From positions 67-64,066 of the forward strand of contig JBPOIO010000001.1 of assembly GCA_052034405.1 (NCBI GenBank): a stretch of DNA of 64,000 nucleotides. Reading direction: 5' to 3'. The notes beneath the pieces are model-generated. The model was not told the origin of the DNA and did no database searches. It was given only the letters and a program-made list of their open reading frames with translations. This document shows, one piece after another, positions 50,869-60,118 of this stretch. Numbering within the stretch: the first letter of the stretch is position 1; each line of letters begins with the position of its first letter. Made by a program: the position numbers and the translations under genes. Source of the DNA: Candidatus Magasanikiibacteriota bacterium (lineage in GTDB: Bacteria > Patescibacteriota > Patescibacteriia > Magasanikbacterales > UBA922).

Positions 50869-51837
50869 ATGAATAATCACAGCGCAAAACAAATTTACGA
50901 AGCCGTACAAAAGGCCCGTTCCATTTTACTTATCCCCCACCAAAATCCAGACGGGGATGCTTTGGGTGCTTCTACTGCTTTTGCCGTATGGCTTGGTAAT
51001 ATTGAAAAAGATTTTACTATTTTTTGTAAAACTCCTCATACTCCAAAATTTTCTTATCTCCCGCTTGAAAAATTTACAACAGATCCAGCGACTTGGGAGA
51101 AAAAATTTGACCTCGTTATTGTCTTTGATTCTGGAGATCTTCGCTATGCTGGAGTATCCGAAGAAATTGCTCGGGTTCGTGAAGAGATCACTCTTGTAGA
51201 TATTGACCACCATGCTACCAATGAATTTTTTGGCGATTTGAATTTTGTTGATATAAAGGCTTCTTCTACCTCTGAAATGGTGCAAAGATTTTTTTCTATC
51301 AACCATATTACCTTGCAAAAAGAAATCGCTACGGGCCTTCTCACTGGTTTTATTACTGATACTGACAACTTTACCAATGGAGCAACATCTTCTCTTGCGA
51401 TGACAGCTGTAAGCCAGCTCCTGCGCAGTGGTGGACGTATGAGCCCTATTCAAAATCGTGTTTATAAAAATATCTCTATTCCAGCATTGAAAGTCTGGGG
51501 AAAAATGTTGAATCGTCTGAATAAAAATGAAGCCTTGGATATTGTCTCTACCTATATCACCCAAGAAGATATTGCCGAGGCAGGGATCCAAGAAAGCGAT
51601 ATTGATGGACTTGCCAACTTTATGAATATGATTGATGAAGGCAAAGCAAAAATGATCTTAAAAGAACTTGAAAAAGGCAAATGGAAAGGAAGCTTTCGTA
51701 CCACACGCGACGATGTGGATGTTTCTGCGTGGGCAGCGAAGATGAATGGTGGCGGTCATAAAAAAGCTGCGGGATTTAAAGTTGATGGGACGATTGACGA
51801 GGCTTTTGAAAAAATATTTACTATCATCAATACCTAA
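50869..51837 (+). CDS. nrnA: DHH/DHHA1 oligoribonuclease/PAP phosphatase NrnA
   Basis: HQNPDGDA, IDHH, TDT..F, GGGHKKAAG. Confidence 0.92.
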   Translation: MNNHSAKQIYEAVQKARSILLIPHQNPDGDALGASTAFAVWLGNIEKDFTIFCKTPHTPKFSYLPLEKFTTDPATWEKKFDLVIVFDSGDLRYAGVSEEIARVREEITLVDIDHHATNEFFGDLNFVDIKASSTSEMVQRFFSINHITLQKEIATGLLTGFITDTDNFTNGATSSLAMTAVSQLLRSGGRMSPIQNRVYKNISIPALKVWGKMLNRLNKNEALDIVSTYITQEDIAEAGIQESDIDGLANFMNMIDEGKAKMILKELEKGKWKGSFRTTRDDVDVSAWAAKMNGGGHKKAAGFKVDGTIDEAFEKIFTIINT

Positions 51838-51863
51838 AAAATAAACTTTTTGTTTCGAGTATA

Positions 51864-51972
51864 GAAAAAGTTCTTTTTGGAGGCTGTCGCAGCGTTTCAT
51901 TTTTTACTTGTATTACCCGCAGGTACGGACAAGTAAAAAATTATAAGCGAGACGACGAAAAAAGAACTTTCT
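51864..51972. repeat. intergenic imperfect palindrome, copy 2 of dispersed repeat
   Basis: AAAGTTCTTTTT...TTTTACTTGT-core-ACAAGTAAAA...AAAAAGAACTTT; core shared with 23831-23866. Confidence 0.75.
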
Positions 51973-52031
51973 CCATGACTAGCAAAAATACATCTCTTCT
52001 GATATACTAAAAAACACTTAACCTCTATTTT

Positions 52032-52631
52032 ATGAATACTCCAACAATGGAATCCTCACAATATTTAATTCCAACAGTAATCGAAAAAACACACTTTGGT
52101 GAACGCGCATACGATATTTACTCACGCCTTCTCAAAGACCGTATTATTTTTCTCGGAAGCGCGATTGACGACGGAGTGGCCAATGCTATTATTGCTCAGC
52201 TGCTCTTTCTTGAAAATCAAGATCCAGAAAAAGACATCAAAATATATATCAATTCCCCTGGTGGATCGGTTACTGCAGGTATGGCAATTTACGATACCAT
52301 GCAATATATTAAACCACATGTTTCTACTATTTGTGTTGGTATGGCAGCAAGTATGGCTTCGGTACTTCTCGCTGCAGGAGAAAAAGGCAAACGCTTTGCA
52401 TTGCCCAATAGTGAAGTGATGATCCACCAAGTCATGGGTGGAACCGAAGGACAAGCCAGTGATATCAAAATTCATGCAGAGAGAATACTCAAAATGAAAG
52501 ATCGTCTCAACAAAATTTTGGCAAAACATACTGGACAAAAACTTGCGGTTATAGAAAAAGACTCTGACCGTGATAACTTTATGAATGCCGAAGAAGCCCT
52601 AAAATATGGACTTGTTGATAAAGTAATCTAA
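52032..52631 (+). CDS. clpP: ATP-dependent Clp protease proteolytic subunit
   Basis: [32 protein letters not shown]. Confidence 0.98.
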   Translation: MNTPTMESSQYLIPTVIEKTHFGERAYDIYSRLLKDRIIFLGSAIDDGVANAIIAQLLFLENQDPEKDIKIYINSPGGSVTAGMAIYDTMQYIKPHVSTICVGMAASMASVLLAAGEKGKRFALPNSEVMIHQVMGGTEGQASDIKIHAERILKMKDRLNKILAKHTGQKLAVIEKDSDRDNFMNAEEALKYGLVDKVI

Positions 52632-52634
52632 AAC

Positions 52635-52935
52635 AAAAAAAATCCCCCACCCAAAAGGGTGAGGGAAGCTAAATTGCAAAAGGGAGTAAATCCCCTGCCT
52701 GTATCCAAGAAGATGTGCCCTAGGCAAAATTGAGCCGGAGCCGAATTACCCTACAGCACATCCCCATGCTTGTCGTGGATACAGAGAGATAAGTACTTAG
52801 AAACAAACATCTCCTCTAACTACTGACTATCTCTATATCCTCTTTCGAGGTACAAATACACAAATTTATCGTACAGAAACAAAATATAAACAGTGACTTC
52901 TTGTATAAATGCTATTTGCTGTTCTCTTTACGAGA
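52635..52935 (-). ncRNA. candidate ~300-nt structured ncRNA
   Basis: Minus-strand promoter TTGACA(52970)-17-TATTAT, several stems, intrinsic terminator, no convincing ORF. Confidence 0.55.
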
Positions 52936-53015
52936 CTCAATATAATATCACAAAAGCCCTCTTTTGTCAAGGGGCTTCTGTGGAAAAATACATTTTTTGG
53001 CTTATTATAGCTATT

Positions 53016-54956
53016 TTACGGTGTTGAACTCGCCATTACTGGAGAAAGTGGCAAGGTAGAACTTGCTCCAGACCCGCCAGAGATACTTTCTACGCCCACA
53101 AGACAAATCTCTGGGAGTGATCGATAATAACTATCAAAAACCTGTTCTTCTTTTGTACCATCAGCCAAAACACGGGTATAGGTAAAAGATGCCACGGCAC
53201 CAGGATATGCATGTTGGCATTTTTTTTGTCCAGGAGGCAAAGTTGTGGTTTCGGTAAATCTTGTTGGTCCAACAGGAAGACGTTTACTCACCAATGGTTT
53301 TGTATAAGAACCATTTCGACCATCGTCTGTTCCCCAAAGCGTAAATTTCAACTCCCCTGTTTTTTCATTCATCGAAGTCTGAATCAAAACATAATTTGGA
53401 CTATCATTCAAAAAACGAAAATCTGGTGAAGGTTCATAAATAGTAGCATCTGTTCCTGGTTGTCCATTGCGTGGATCATTGTAATAGGTTATTGCGAGTG
53501 AGTGATTGCGACGTTCGGTAATTTTCAAGCCACTATTCATTGCCATACGAAAGAGTGTCGTACCAATTTGACAAAGACCACCACCAATCTCTGGTTTTAT
53601 TTCATCACCCTTAATAACAAGTTCTGGGAAATATCCCCCTTCAAGAGTATATGGCTGTGTATATTTTATTGCAGAAAATTCTTCTCCAGGTTTGATCAAA
53701 ATTCCATTCAGTTTTCGAACCGCATTTCGAATGTTTTTGACACGGTTACTTGGGCTTCCAGAAAAATTTGAAACACCAGAACCCAAAATTTCTTTAATAC
53801 CCAAATTATTTACTTCACCAGTTGCAACATCAGGCTGTTCTTCTACAAGAATAATGTTTATAGGAGTATTACTTGAAGAAATGAGTCTTTCTTTGAAAGA
53901 AAGTTGCAAAGCCTGATAGGTTGATGTTACATCAAGAACAAGACCAACACGAGCAGCCTGAAACTCTATAACTTTTCCATCTTCGTCTACTCGAAATTTT
54001 GCATTTTCTGCATTTTCACCAATAGCGGATCCAATTTTATTTTCTAAATATTTTGTAGTCGAAGCAAAGTCAAGCGTAAAAGTATTCACTCCATTATCTC
54101 CACGAGACAAAGTCAACCAAGATGCAAAAGTCGAAACAGGAATTTTCCATTCTTTTTCAAGACCAGCACTGGGATCCACCTGATCCAAAATAAGTGGGCC
54201 AAAAGAAAGTGTTTTTGTAATGTCAGGTAAAAGTGGTTCCCAAGCTGCCTCGGTTATAACGGGTGACGTAGGGCGAGATGTAAGGCTTACACTTGGACTT
54301 TGAAGTAGTGACCAACTTTTTTCAATAGCATCAATGCTTTCATTTATATTGTAAACATAACCGTTGGTAGAAGATGTCAAAGATACTTTGAGAGGATCAA
54401 AAGAAGCAAAAACAAGGGTACTTTCTTTTGGTGGAGCTTCAAAATCTTTTATTTTTTCATGAATTGCTCCAGCCAAACGTACACGATCAACAGAAATATT
54501 TTCGAGGTTTATACTCTCGGAAACCATACGAGAACGCAAGTAATGAATAGCATTGACCAACATATTACTTGTTTTGCCCATAGCAAAAATACGGTCAGCT
54601 TCGGCGTTGGTATCGATACGAATAAAATCAATAACATCCGCATCAGTGACAAGCTCTGGACTCAAAATAAACTCGTGTTTTGTCTCTTGAAAACGAAGAT
54701 CCAAATGAATACCATCAGTAACAAGTTTATTTGACATGGTATTCAAAAAATTTTTGAGTTCATCACGGGACATATTTGCAACAGAAATATCCCCAATCAT
54801 AAGTCCTGGAAGGGTTTTACTCTGTGCAGCATTACTCACAAAAATAAGTGTTGCAAGACCAATACATAAAAAAACAACTCCACCAACGAGGAGAATCAAA
54901 AGTTTTGATTTTTGTTTTTTTTCTGTGTTCTGTAAAACTTCGGGTATCTCTGACAT
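53016..54956 (-). CDS. VanW family protein with peptidoglycan-binding repeats
   Basis: NRVKNI, IGGGLCQIGTTLFR, ERRNHS, GTDATIY, DFRFLND; N-terminal TM. Confidence 0.92.
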   Translation of the reverse strand: MSEIPEVLQNTEKKQKSKLLILLVGGVVFLCIGLATLIFVSNAAQSKTLPGLMIGDISVANMSRDELKNFLNTMSNKLVTDGIHLDLRFQETKHEFILSPELVTDADVIDFIRIDTNAEADRIFAMGKTSNMLVNAIHYLRSRMVSESINLENISVDRVRLAGAIHEKIKDFEAPPKESTLVFASFDPLKVSLTSSTNGYVYNINESIDAIEKSWSLLQSPSVSLTSRPTSPVITEAAWEPLLPDITKTLSFGPLILDQVDPSAGLEKEWKIPVSTFASWLTLSRGDNGVNTFTLDFASTTKYLENKIGSAIGENAENAKFRVDEDGKVIEFQAARVGLVLDVTSTYQALQLSFKERLISSSNTPINIILVEEQPDVATGEVNNLGIKEILGSGVSNFSGSPSNRVKNIRNAVRKLNGILIKPGEEFSAIKYTQPYTLEGGYFPELVIKGDEIKPEIGGGLCQIGTTLFRMAMNSGLKITERRNHSLAITYYNDPRNGQPGTDATIYEPSPDFRFLNDSPNYVLIQTSMNEKTGELKFTLWGTDDGRNGSYTKPLVSKRLPVGPTRFTETTTLPPGQKKCQHAYPGAVASFTYTRVLADGTKEEQVFDSYYRSLPEICLVGVESISGGSGASSTLPLSPVMASSTP

Positions 54957-54957
54957 A

Positions 54958-55386
54958 TTATTCTTCAACTATAGTGATAGGTATTCGAGTATTATTTAAA
55001 TTTCTTTTTGGAAGCCGTATTAATAAAACACCATTTTGCAAAGTTGCCGTAGTCAACTCGCTTTTGACATCATGAGGCAACACAATGGTCCTTGAAAATT
55101 TTCCCCAAAAACATTCGTTATGAAAAAATTCTTGTACCTGACCACTTTGTAAAAAAGCATCACCTGGGGATTTTCGAGAACCACGAATAGTCAACAAATC
55201 ATTGTGAATAGCAATATCAAGATCATCTTGGACAGCCCCAGCAATGGTAGAAATTACCATAATTTCGCTTTTGGTGTCAAAAATATCCACAGCCAATTGA
55301 CCTTCTTCTTGGATATCAATATCTTTTGAATCAAAAGATATTCCGTAGACCGAACCCAGTGCTGAATTGTAGGAATCTTGTGACAT
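54958..55386 (-). CDS. Hsp20/alpha-crystallin protein
   Basis: EGQLAVDIF, LTIRGSR, ECFWGKFSRTIVLP, NGVL.IRLPK. Confidence 0.94.
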   Translation of the reverse strand: MSQDSYNSALGSVYGISFDSKDIDIQEEGQLAVDIFDTKSEIMVISTIAGAVQDDLDIAIHNDLLTIRGSRKSPGDAFLQSGQVQEFFHNECFWGKFSRTIVLPHDVKSELTTATLQNGVLLIRLPKRNLNNTRIPITIVEE

Positions 55387-55513
55387 AGTAGACCTATTAT
55401 AGCAAACTCTCTGGTAGAACGCAAAAACCACCAAAATATTACAGCTGTTGACGAAATTTTATTTTTTGAGTATACTTATATCACTTTTTCTGGGGACCCC
55501 CCAAAAAAGCAAT

Positions 55514-55600
55514 GGAGAGTTGGCTGAGTGGTCGATAGCAGCAGTTTACTAAACTGCAGTCTGCGCAAGTGGACCGGGGGTTCGAATCCCTCACTCTCCG
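55514..55600 (+). tRNA. tRNA-Ser with ACT anticodon (unusual)
   Basis: GGAGAGT/ACTCTCC-G73, GCAGT-TTACTAA-ACTGC, long variable arm GTCTGC-GCAA-GTGGAC. Confidence 0.9.
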
Positions 55601-55619
55601 CGGTACAACTCAAAAATAT

Positions 55620-55709
55620 GGAAGGGTGGCTGAGCGGTTTAAGGCGGCAGTCTTGAAAACTGTTGAGGATGAAAGTCCTCCGCGAGTTCGAATCTCGCCC
55701 CTTCCGCCA
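55620..55709 (+). tRNA. tRNA-Ser(TGA)
   Basis: Loop CTTGAAA, long variable arm, GCCA end. Confidence 0.95.
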
Positions 55710-55719
55710 TATTTTAAAG

Positions 55720-55806
55720 GGAGAGGTGTCAGAGCGGTCTATCGTACAGCTTTGCTAAAGCTGCGTGCCCTAACCGGCACCGGGAGTTCGAATCTCCCCC
55801 TCTCCG
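55720..55806 (+). tRNA. tRNA-Ser(GCT)
   Basis: CAGCT-TTGCTAA-AGCTG, long variable arm, G73. Confidence 0.95.
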
Positions 55807-55835
55807 CAGCAAAAAATACCCCTAGGGGTATTTTT

Positions 55836-56465
55836 TTATCCTCTTGCAAGAGTAAAGGCCTTGATCAACCCGGCCCCAGCCTCTTTGAGAATACGAGCCG
55901 ATTCGTCGAGTGTTGAACCTGTTGTAAACACATCATCCACAAGCAGAATATTTTTGCCTTTTATGTCAAAGTTCTCTTTTAAAACAAAGGCATCTTTGAT
56001 ATTTTTGATACGTTCATCTTTTTGGAGCTTGGCTTGTTGTTTGGTAGATTTTTTTCGAATCAAAATATTTTCAAAAGGCACATCAAGTTCCGCTGCCAAA
56101 ATTTTTGCAATTTCTTCTGCCTGATTGAATCCCCTCTCGGCAAATCTTCGTTTGTGCAAAGGTACTGGGACAATAAGCTCTAATTGCTCGAAATACTGTT
56201 TGTTCAAATTCAAAAATTGTTGCAGCAAAATTTGAAATATTTTTAATACATCTTCAACAAAATCATATTTGTAAGCATAAAGAAGTTTTTGAAGTAAACT
56301 ATTTTCTTCAAAAAAACCAAGAGCACTATGATCATCCAAAAATTTTGTATTTTCAAGAGGAACAAAAACGCCAAGGACAGAAATGGTCGCTTGGCATTTA
56401 AAACATAAAATTGTACCCTCTTCCCTACAACCCAGACAGAAATGTGGGAACAGATAATCCCACAT
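55836..56465 (-). CDS. comF: ComF family competence protein
   Basis: CLGC..LCFKC, VPVPLH..R..ERGFNQA, LLVDDVFTTGST. Confidence 0.94.
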   Translation of the reverse strand: MWDYLFPHFCLGCREEGTILCFKCQATISVLGVFVPLENTKFLDDHSALGFFEENSLLQKLLYAYKYDFVEDVLKIFQILLQQFLNLNKQYFEQLELIVPVPLHKRRFAERGFNQAEEIAKILAAELDVPFENILIRKKSTKQQAKLQKDERIKNIKDAFVLKENFDIKGKNILLVDDVFTTGSTLDESARILKEAGAGLIKAFTLARG

Positions 56466-56467
56466 AT

Positions 56468-57040
56468 TTACTGTGCATCCCAAAAGAGACCATCAACCTT
56501 CCAAGTGCCATCAACTTTTTTGAGTTCTACACGACCATTTTTGTAAAGTGTCTGAGAAGAAGTTGCTGTACTACTCTCTACTTGGGCTCCAACTTTTACG
56601 GTCGCAGCCTGCAGGGTAAAAGCAATGAGATCCATAGAAATAACTTTGGTAGTAAATCCTTGGTAATCAGCAGCATGTGCTTGTGCTTTGCTTGCGATAT
56701 AACTTGCCATATTTTCTGTTGCAAGTTCTGTTGCATCAACAATATTTCTATTTCCATTTTGATTGGATTTTGTTTCAAATCGTTCTACAAAAGTTCGAGA
56801 GAGTTGTTTGACATACAAACGTTCTCGTTCTTCGCTGTTTTTTGGTGGAGGTGGCGGTATATTTTTGGGTGGAGTGACCACAACGTCTTGCACTGGAGTT
56901 TTTACGGTAGTCGTTGGCGTTGTGTTTTCTACCTTAGGAGCAGAGGGTTTACGCAAAAAAAGAAAGAGCAAAATAAATGCCAAAAGAAACAATACAACAA
57001 CACTCAAAAATATAAATATTTTTTTTCTTGCTTCCATCAT
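56468..57040 (-). CDS. bitopic protein with possible NTF2-like (VirB8/TcpC-like) domain
   Basis: N-terminal TM, Pro/Thr linker, SRTFVERF, C-terminal VELKK.DG.WKVD. Confidence 0.65.
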   Translation of the reverse strand: MMEARKKIFIFLSVVVLFLLAFILLFLFLRKPSAPKVENTTPTTTVKTPVQDVVVTPPKNIPPPPPKNSEERERLYVKQLSRTFVERFETKSNQNGNRNIVDATELATENMASYIASKAQAHAADYQGFTTKVISMDLIAFTLQAATVKVGAQVESSTATSSQTLYKNGRVELKKVDGTWKVDGLFWDAQ

Positions 57041-57120
57041 ACAATGATATTAGTTATAAAGGACGATATCCAAAATTTTAATCTTTGATTAAAACTTCGG
57101 ATCATCGTCAAAGCCTACAG

Positions 57121-58989
57121 TTAGTGGGCTTGTTCTTCGTATTCTCGTTTTGCCTTTTCAATTTCGAGCAATTGTTTTGGATCAGTAGTAATGAGCTGGT
57201 CCTCGGTATACGAAGCAACAATTTTGATCGCGGCATGTTTGAGCCCAGCAAAGAAAATTCCTTCTCCAACCGCTGATTCGAGCAGCAAATATTTTTCTCC
57301 CTCTGTCAACATAAATATTTTTTGGATATTATCGACCGATGCTGGAGATTGACGAAGCAGCATTTGAAGCGCAGAGTTGGTCACAATCGCACGACCATAC
57401 TGTGATTGCAAAAAGTCATTCACATCCTGAGTAATAGTCGTTACTCCCAAATAGTATTTACGACAACGTTTTACGAGAGCAAAGATAAACTTGGCAGAAT
57501 CTTCGTGCGTCATGAGCCACCAGGCTTCGTCGATAACCAGAATACGTTTTTTGCGTTCAGAGCGAACAATATTCCAAATATAGTTGATCAAGGTATAAAT
57601 CGCCATTGGACGAAGTTCATCTTCAAGATCACGTACAGAAAAAATCACCAACTGATTATTCATGTTCACATTTGTTGGTGAATTGAAAAGACCAGAGAAT
57701 GTTCCTGTTGTATATTTTTCAAGTTTGATAGAAAGACTTTCGGAACCTTCCATACCCTCAAGTACATCCAGCAAATCCTGCATAATAGGAGGCTCTACCG
57801 TAGCCAAATCACTTGATGGGGTAATGTCTTTTTTGGCAAAAGTTTCAAGCAGGGCCCGATCCATAAGAGAATCTTCTTGGGCAGTCAGAGCTCCAAACAT
57901 GATACGGATAAGCCCCTTGAGGGTAATAACCGCACTACGAATCACATCCTCGGTAGACACTTGCTGCCCCACTGGACGAGGCAAATCAAATGGGTTAACT
58001 TTACTTTCTGAAGCAAGAGAAATATTGATATAGGTTCCACCTACGGCTTCGGAAAGGTGCGTATATTCCATTTCTGGATCGATAATAATCACATCAACCC
58101 CCATCATGAGAGATCGCAAAACCTCGAGCTTCACGGCATAGGATTTTCCGGCACCAGAAGTCGCAAACACGACCATGTTGGCATTTTGAAGTGAAAAGCG
58201 ATCAAACAAAATCAAACTGTTGTTGTGGCGATTGATTCCATACAAAATTCCATCGTCACTGGTAAGTTCGGAAGAAATAAAAGGAAAACTTGACGCAATA
58301 GGACTGGAATTCATGTTGAAGGCAACCATGACATCATCAATACACAGTGGTAGTGTCGAGGTAAATCCCTGCTCGGCCTGAAATAACACACCCTTACTAT
58401 AAATTAATTTTGAACCAAAAATATTTTCAATATCTTCTGTGACCTTATCGAGTTCGTCTTTACTCTTGGCATAGAGTGTCACATAAAATGCAAATTGAAA
58501 AAAGTGCTCAATCCCCTGGGTCAAATCATCACGGAGCTGTTCAATATCTCGAAGCGCTGTTTCACGGATTGGATCACGAGCAGCACCTTTTTCGGAATCA
58601 CTACTAATTTGGGCTTCGAGTGCACCTACTTTTTTCTTGAGCTGTTTCAAAATAATTGGAGCCTTGATTGGATAAAAAAACATGGCAATATCCATGGTAA
58701 TATTGAGATTCAAAATCGGAGTACTCCAGCCAACAGAAATATAACGAGGATAGGTAATAACAAAGAGTGTACGCAAAAATATATCACCAAGCTGAATGAA
58801 GGTAGAATCCACTTTAAAGGCAGACGGAGCAATAAGATCACGAATAGCCACGGTCCCCTCACGGTAGACGCGTTCTTCTTCAAGGGTGACCATCTCTTCT
58901 TTCATCTGTGCCTTCATGAGCTGCTCTTTGGAGAGAGCTGCGACTTCTTTTTTTCCACCCTGGGTTGTATTGACAGGTTTAAATGCCAT
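57121..58989 (-). CDS. VirB4-like ATPase
   Basis: NMVVFATSGAGKS, IIIDPEMEY, VNPFD, LVIDEAW, RCRKY. Confidence 0.92.
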   Translation of the reverse strand: MAFKPVNTTQGGKKEVAALSKEQLMKAQMKEEMVTLEEERVYREGTVAIRDLIAPSAFKVDSTFIQLGDIFLRTLFVITYPRYISVGWSTPILNLNITMDIAMFFYPIKAPIILKQLKKKVGALEAQISSDSEKGAARDPIRETALRDIEQLRDDLTQGIEHFFQFAFYVTLYAKSKDELDKVTEDIENIFGSKLIYSKGVLFQAEQGFTSTLPLCIDDVMVAFNMNSSPIASSFPFISSELTSDDGILYGINRHNNSLILFDRFSLQNANMVVFATSGAGKSYAVKLEVLRSLMMGVDVIIIDPEMEYTHLSEAVGGTYINISLASESKVNPFDLPRPVGQQVSTEDVIRSAVITLKGLIRIMFGALTAQEDSLMDRALLETFAKKDITPSSDLATVEPPIMQDLLDVLEGMEGSESLSIKLEKYTTGTFSGLFNSPTNVNMNNQLVIFSVRDLEDELRPMAIYTLINYIWNIVRSERKKRILVIDEAWWLMTHEDSAKFIFALVKRCRKYYLGVTTITQDVNDFLQSQYGRAIVTNSALQMLLRQSPASVDNIQKIFMLTEGEKYLLLESAVGEGIFFAGLKHAAIKIVASYTEDQLITTDPKQLLEIEKAKREYEEQAH

Positions 58990-58994
58990 AAAGA

Positions 58995-59672
58995 TTATAT
59001 ATCATCGATTCGTATGTCTTCGATATTTTGTAATTCTTGTGAAAATGCGATATCTGGATTATAGGAGGTATAATAGAGCTCGATGAGTGACTGGGTATCA
59101 AGTTCTGCAACTTGCAGCCCCATACTTTCAAGTCCTCCATTGACCTGACGTACACGAGAATCAAGATCACGTTTGCGATCACGAAAACGTTCTTCTTTGA
59201 CACGAATCGTAAGCGCAGGTTTCATCACTTCTTTGAAACGAGCGACAAATCCTTTTTTCTTGTTACTGAGTGGATCGTAAGGTACTACCACATAAAAACG
59301 TTTGGTCATGATCTGTCCAATTTCTACCAGCTCGGCCACAAATGCTCGGTAATCGGCAATTTGAATTTTCAATAGTTCATTTGGAAGTTCTTTTTCAATT
59401 TTCATCAAATTATCGAGGTAAGGCTGAATCTGCAATTTTCGAGACTGCATGACAATTTGGATTGGAAAATCAAGTGAATTCAAAAACCCTACATAAGAAG
59501 AAATCAAAGCATTTTGTTCGTCATCAGATTTGAGGGCAAAGTTGATACTGGAAACCAAAAGTACAGAACGTAATGTTCCATCTTTGAGCACCACAGTGCC
59601 GTCTTTGATTTCTGCAATTGGCAAATAGGTTTGTGTTGCAGGAAGTTTTTTTTGAATTGGTTTTTTTGCCAT
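58995..59672 (-). CDS. VirB4/TraC N-terminal-like accessory protein
   Basis: SSINFALKS.DEQ, FLNSLDFPIQI, KRFYVVVPY; between prgI-like and virB4-like genes. Confidence 0.75.
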   Translation of the reverse strand: MAKKPIQKKLPATQTYLPIAEIKDGTVVLKDGTLRSVLLVSSINFALKSDDEQNALISSYVGFLNSLDFPIQIVMQSRKLQIQPYLDNLMKIEKELPNELLKIQIADYRAFVAELVEIGQIMTKRFYVVVPYDPLSNKKKGFVARFKEVMKPALTIRVKEERFRDRKRDLDSRVRQVNGGLESMGLQVAELDTQSLIELYYTSYNPDIAFSQELQNIEDIRIDDI

Positions 59673-59677
59673 AGAAT

Positions 59678-60112
59678 TTAAAATTCATCGTCCCCTTTAT
59701 AATATCCACCGGTATTGACAATCAATGCCAAGTTTCGTATATGGTCGCGACGGACTTGTTTTTTTTGCATTGCTGCTTCGGCTTTTTCTTCCATACCGAG
59801 TTTTCGCAAATATTCAAGTTCTTCATTACTTGGATCTTTTTTCCAAATTCGCAATTTTGGTTTGCGATTGGTCTGTATCAAATTCAAAAGAAAATAATGA
59901 AACAATTGACCATTTGGTTTGTAAAAAGCAAATACGAGTGCGAGTCCACCGATAAAAAATGTTACGATTCCAAAGAGTGCAAGATCAAAAAATTTGAAGG
60001 CCAGAAATATCATTCCACCAGCAGAAAGCAAAATCAAAAATTGACGAGTCGTAATCGGCCCAAAAATTTTATCTTCAACATCAATAAATTGTGGTACAAC
60101 AAACTGCTGCAT
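59678..60112 (-). CDS. PrgI family (VirB3-like) membrane protein
   Basis: VPQFIDVEDKIFGPITTRQF plus two TMs. Confidence 0.88.
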   Translation of the reverse strand: MQQFVVPQFIDVEDKIFGPITTRQFLILLSAGGMIFLAFKFFDLALFGIVTFFIGGLALVFAFYKPNGQLFHYFLLNLIQTNRKPKLRIWKKDPSNEELEYLRKLGMEEKAEAAMQKKQVRRDHIRNLALIVNTGGYYKGDDEF

Positions 60113-60118
60113 AGTATT

